Positions 63,911 through 64,000 of a stretch of DNA of 64,000 nt are shown in pieces; the first letter of the stretch is position 1; each line of letters starts with the position of its first letter. The DNA lies in contig OX597832.1 of the NCBI GenBank assembly GCA_951406725.2, forward strand, positions 1,178,001 to 1,242,000. The letters are read 5' to 3'. The stretch is from Octopus vulgaris (lineage: Eukaryota). The notes beneath the pieces are model-generated. The model had not been told where the DNA came from. It did not search any database and saw only the letters and a list, made by a program, of their open reading frames with translations. Position numbers and translations under genes: made by a program.

Positions 63911-64000
63911 GCTGTTGTTGTTTTTTAACTTTTTCTCCACATTTGAAGCATCTGGGTCTACATTCCTCGACAGATACTCTAGCGCTTAGTCCTTCCCTTA

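Overview
This is AT-rich, repeat-dense eukaryotic DNA. The (TA)n tracts, tRNA-type SINEs and RTE/Penelope content suggest an octopod cephalopod; that is an inference, not a database result. One host gene crosses the window on the minus strand as four small phase-1 exons (61673-61894, 42679-42900, 33686-33754, 18077-18264), three of which are absent from the ORF track. Spliced, they encode the end of a CUB-like domain, a linker, a 10-Cys Ly6/uPAR (three-finger, Quiver/Sleepless-like) domain and a GPI-type tail. The rest is mostly nested transposable elements: two Ty3/Gypsy families (each with one two-LTR copy and one partial copy), RTE LINEs, Penelope-like elements (PLEs), mariner, a pogo-type element with a PHD finger, Helitrons, SINEs and a MITE. 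Two features stand out. First, several sequence-distinct families of hammerhead ribozyme (HHR) motifs occur, including two ORF-less fold-back/tandem elements (41075-42288 and 57731-58962) that look like retrozymes with unusually long stem II insertions. Second, a head-to-tail pair of ORF1-only zinc-knuckle units follows a PLE hammerhead. All alignments and folds were done by eye, and repeat boundaries without TSDs or TIRs are approximate.
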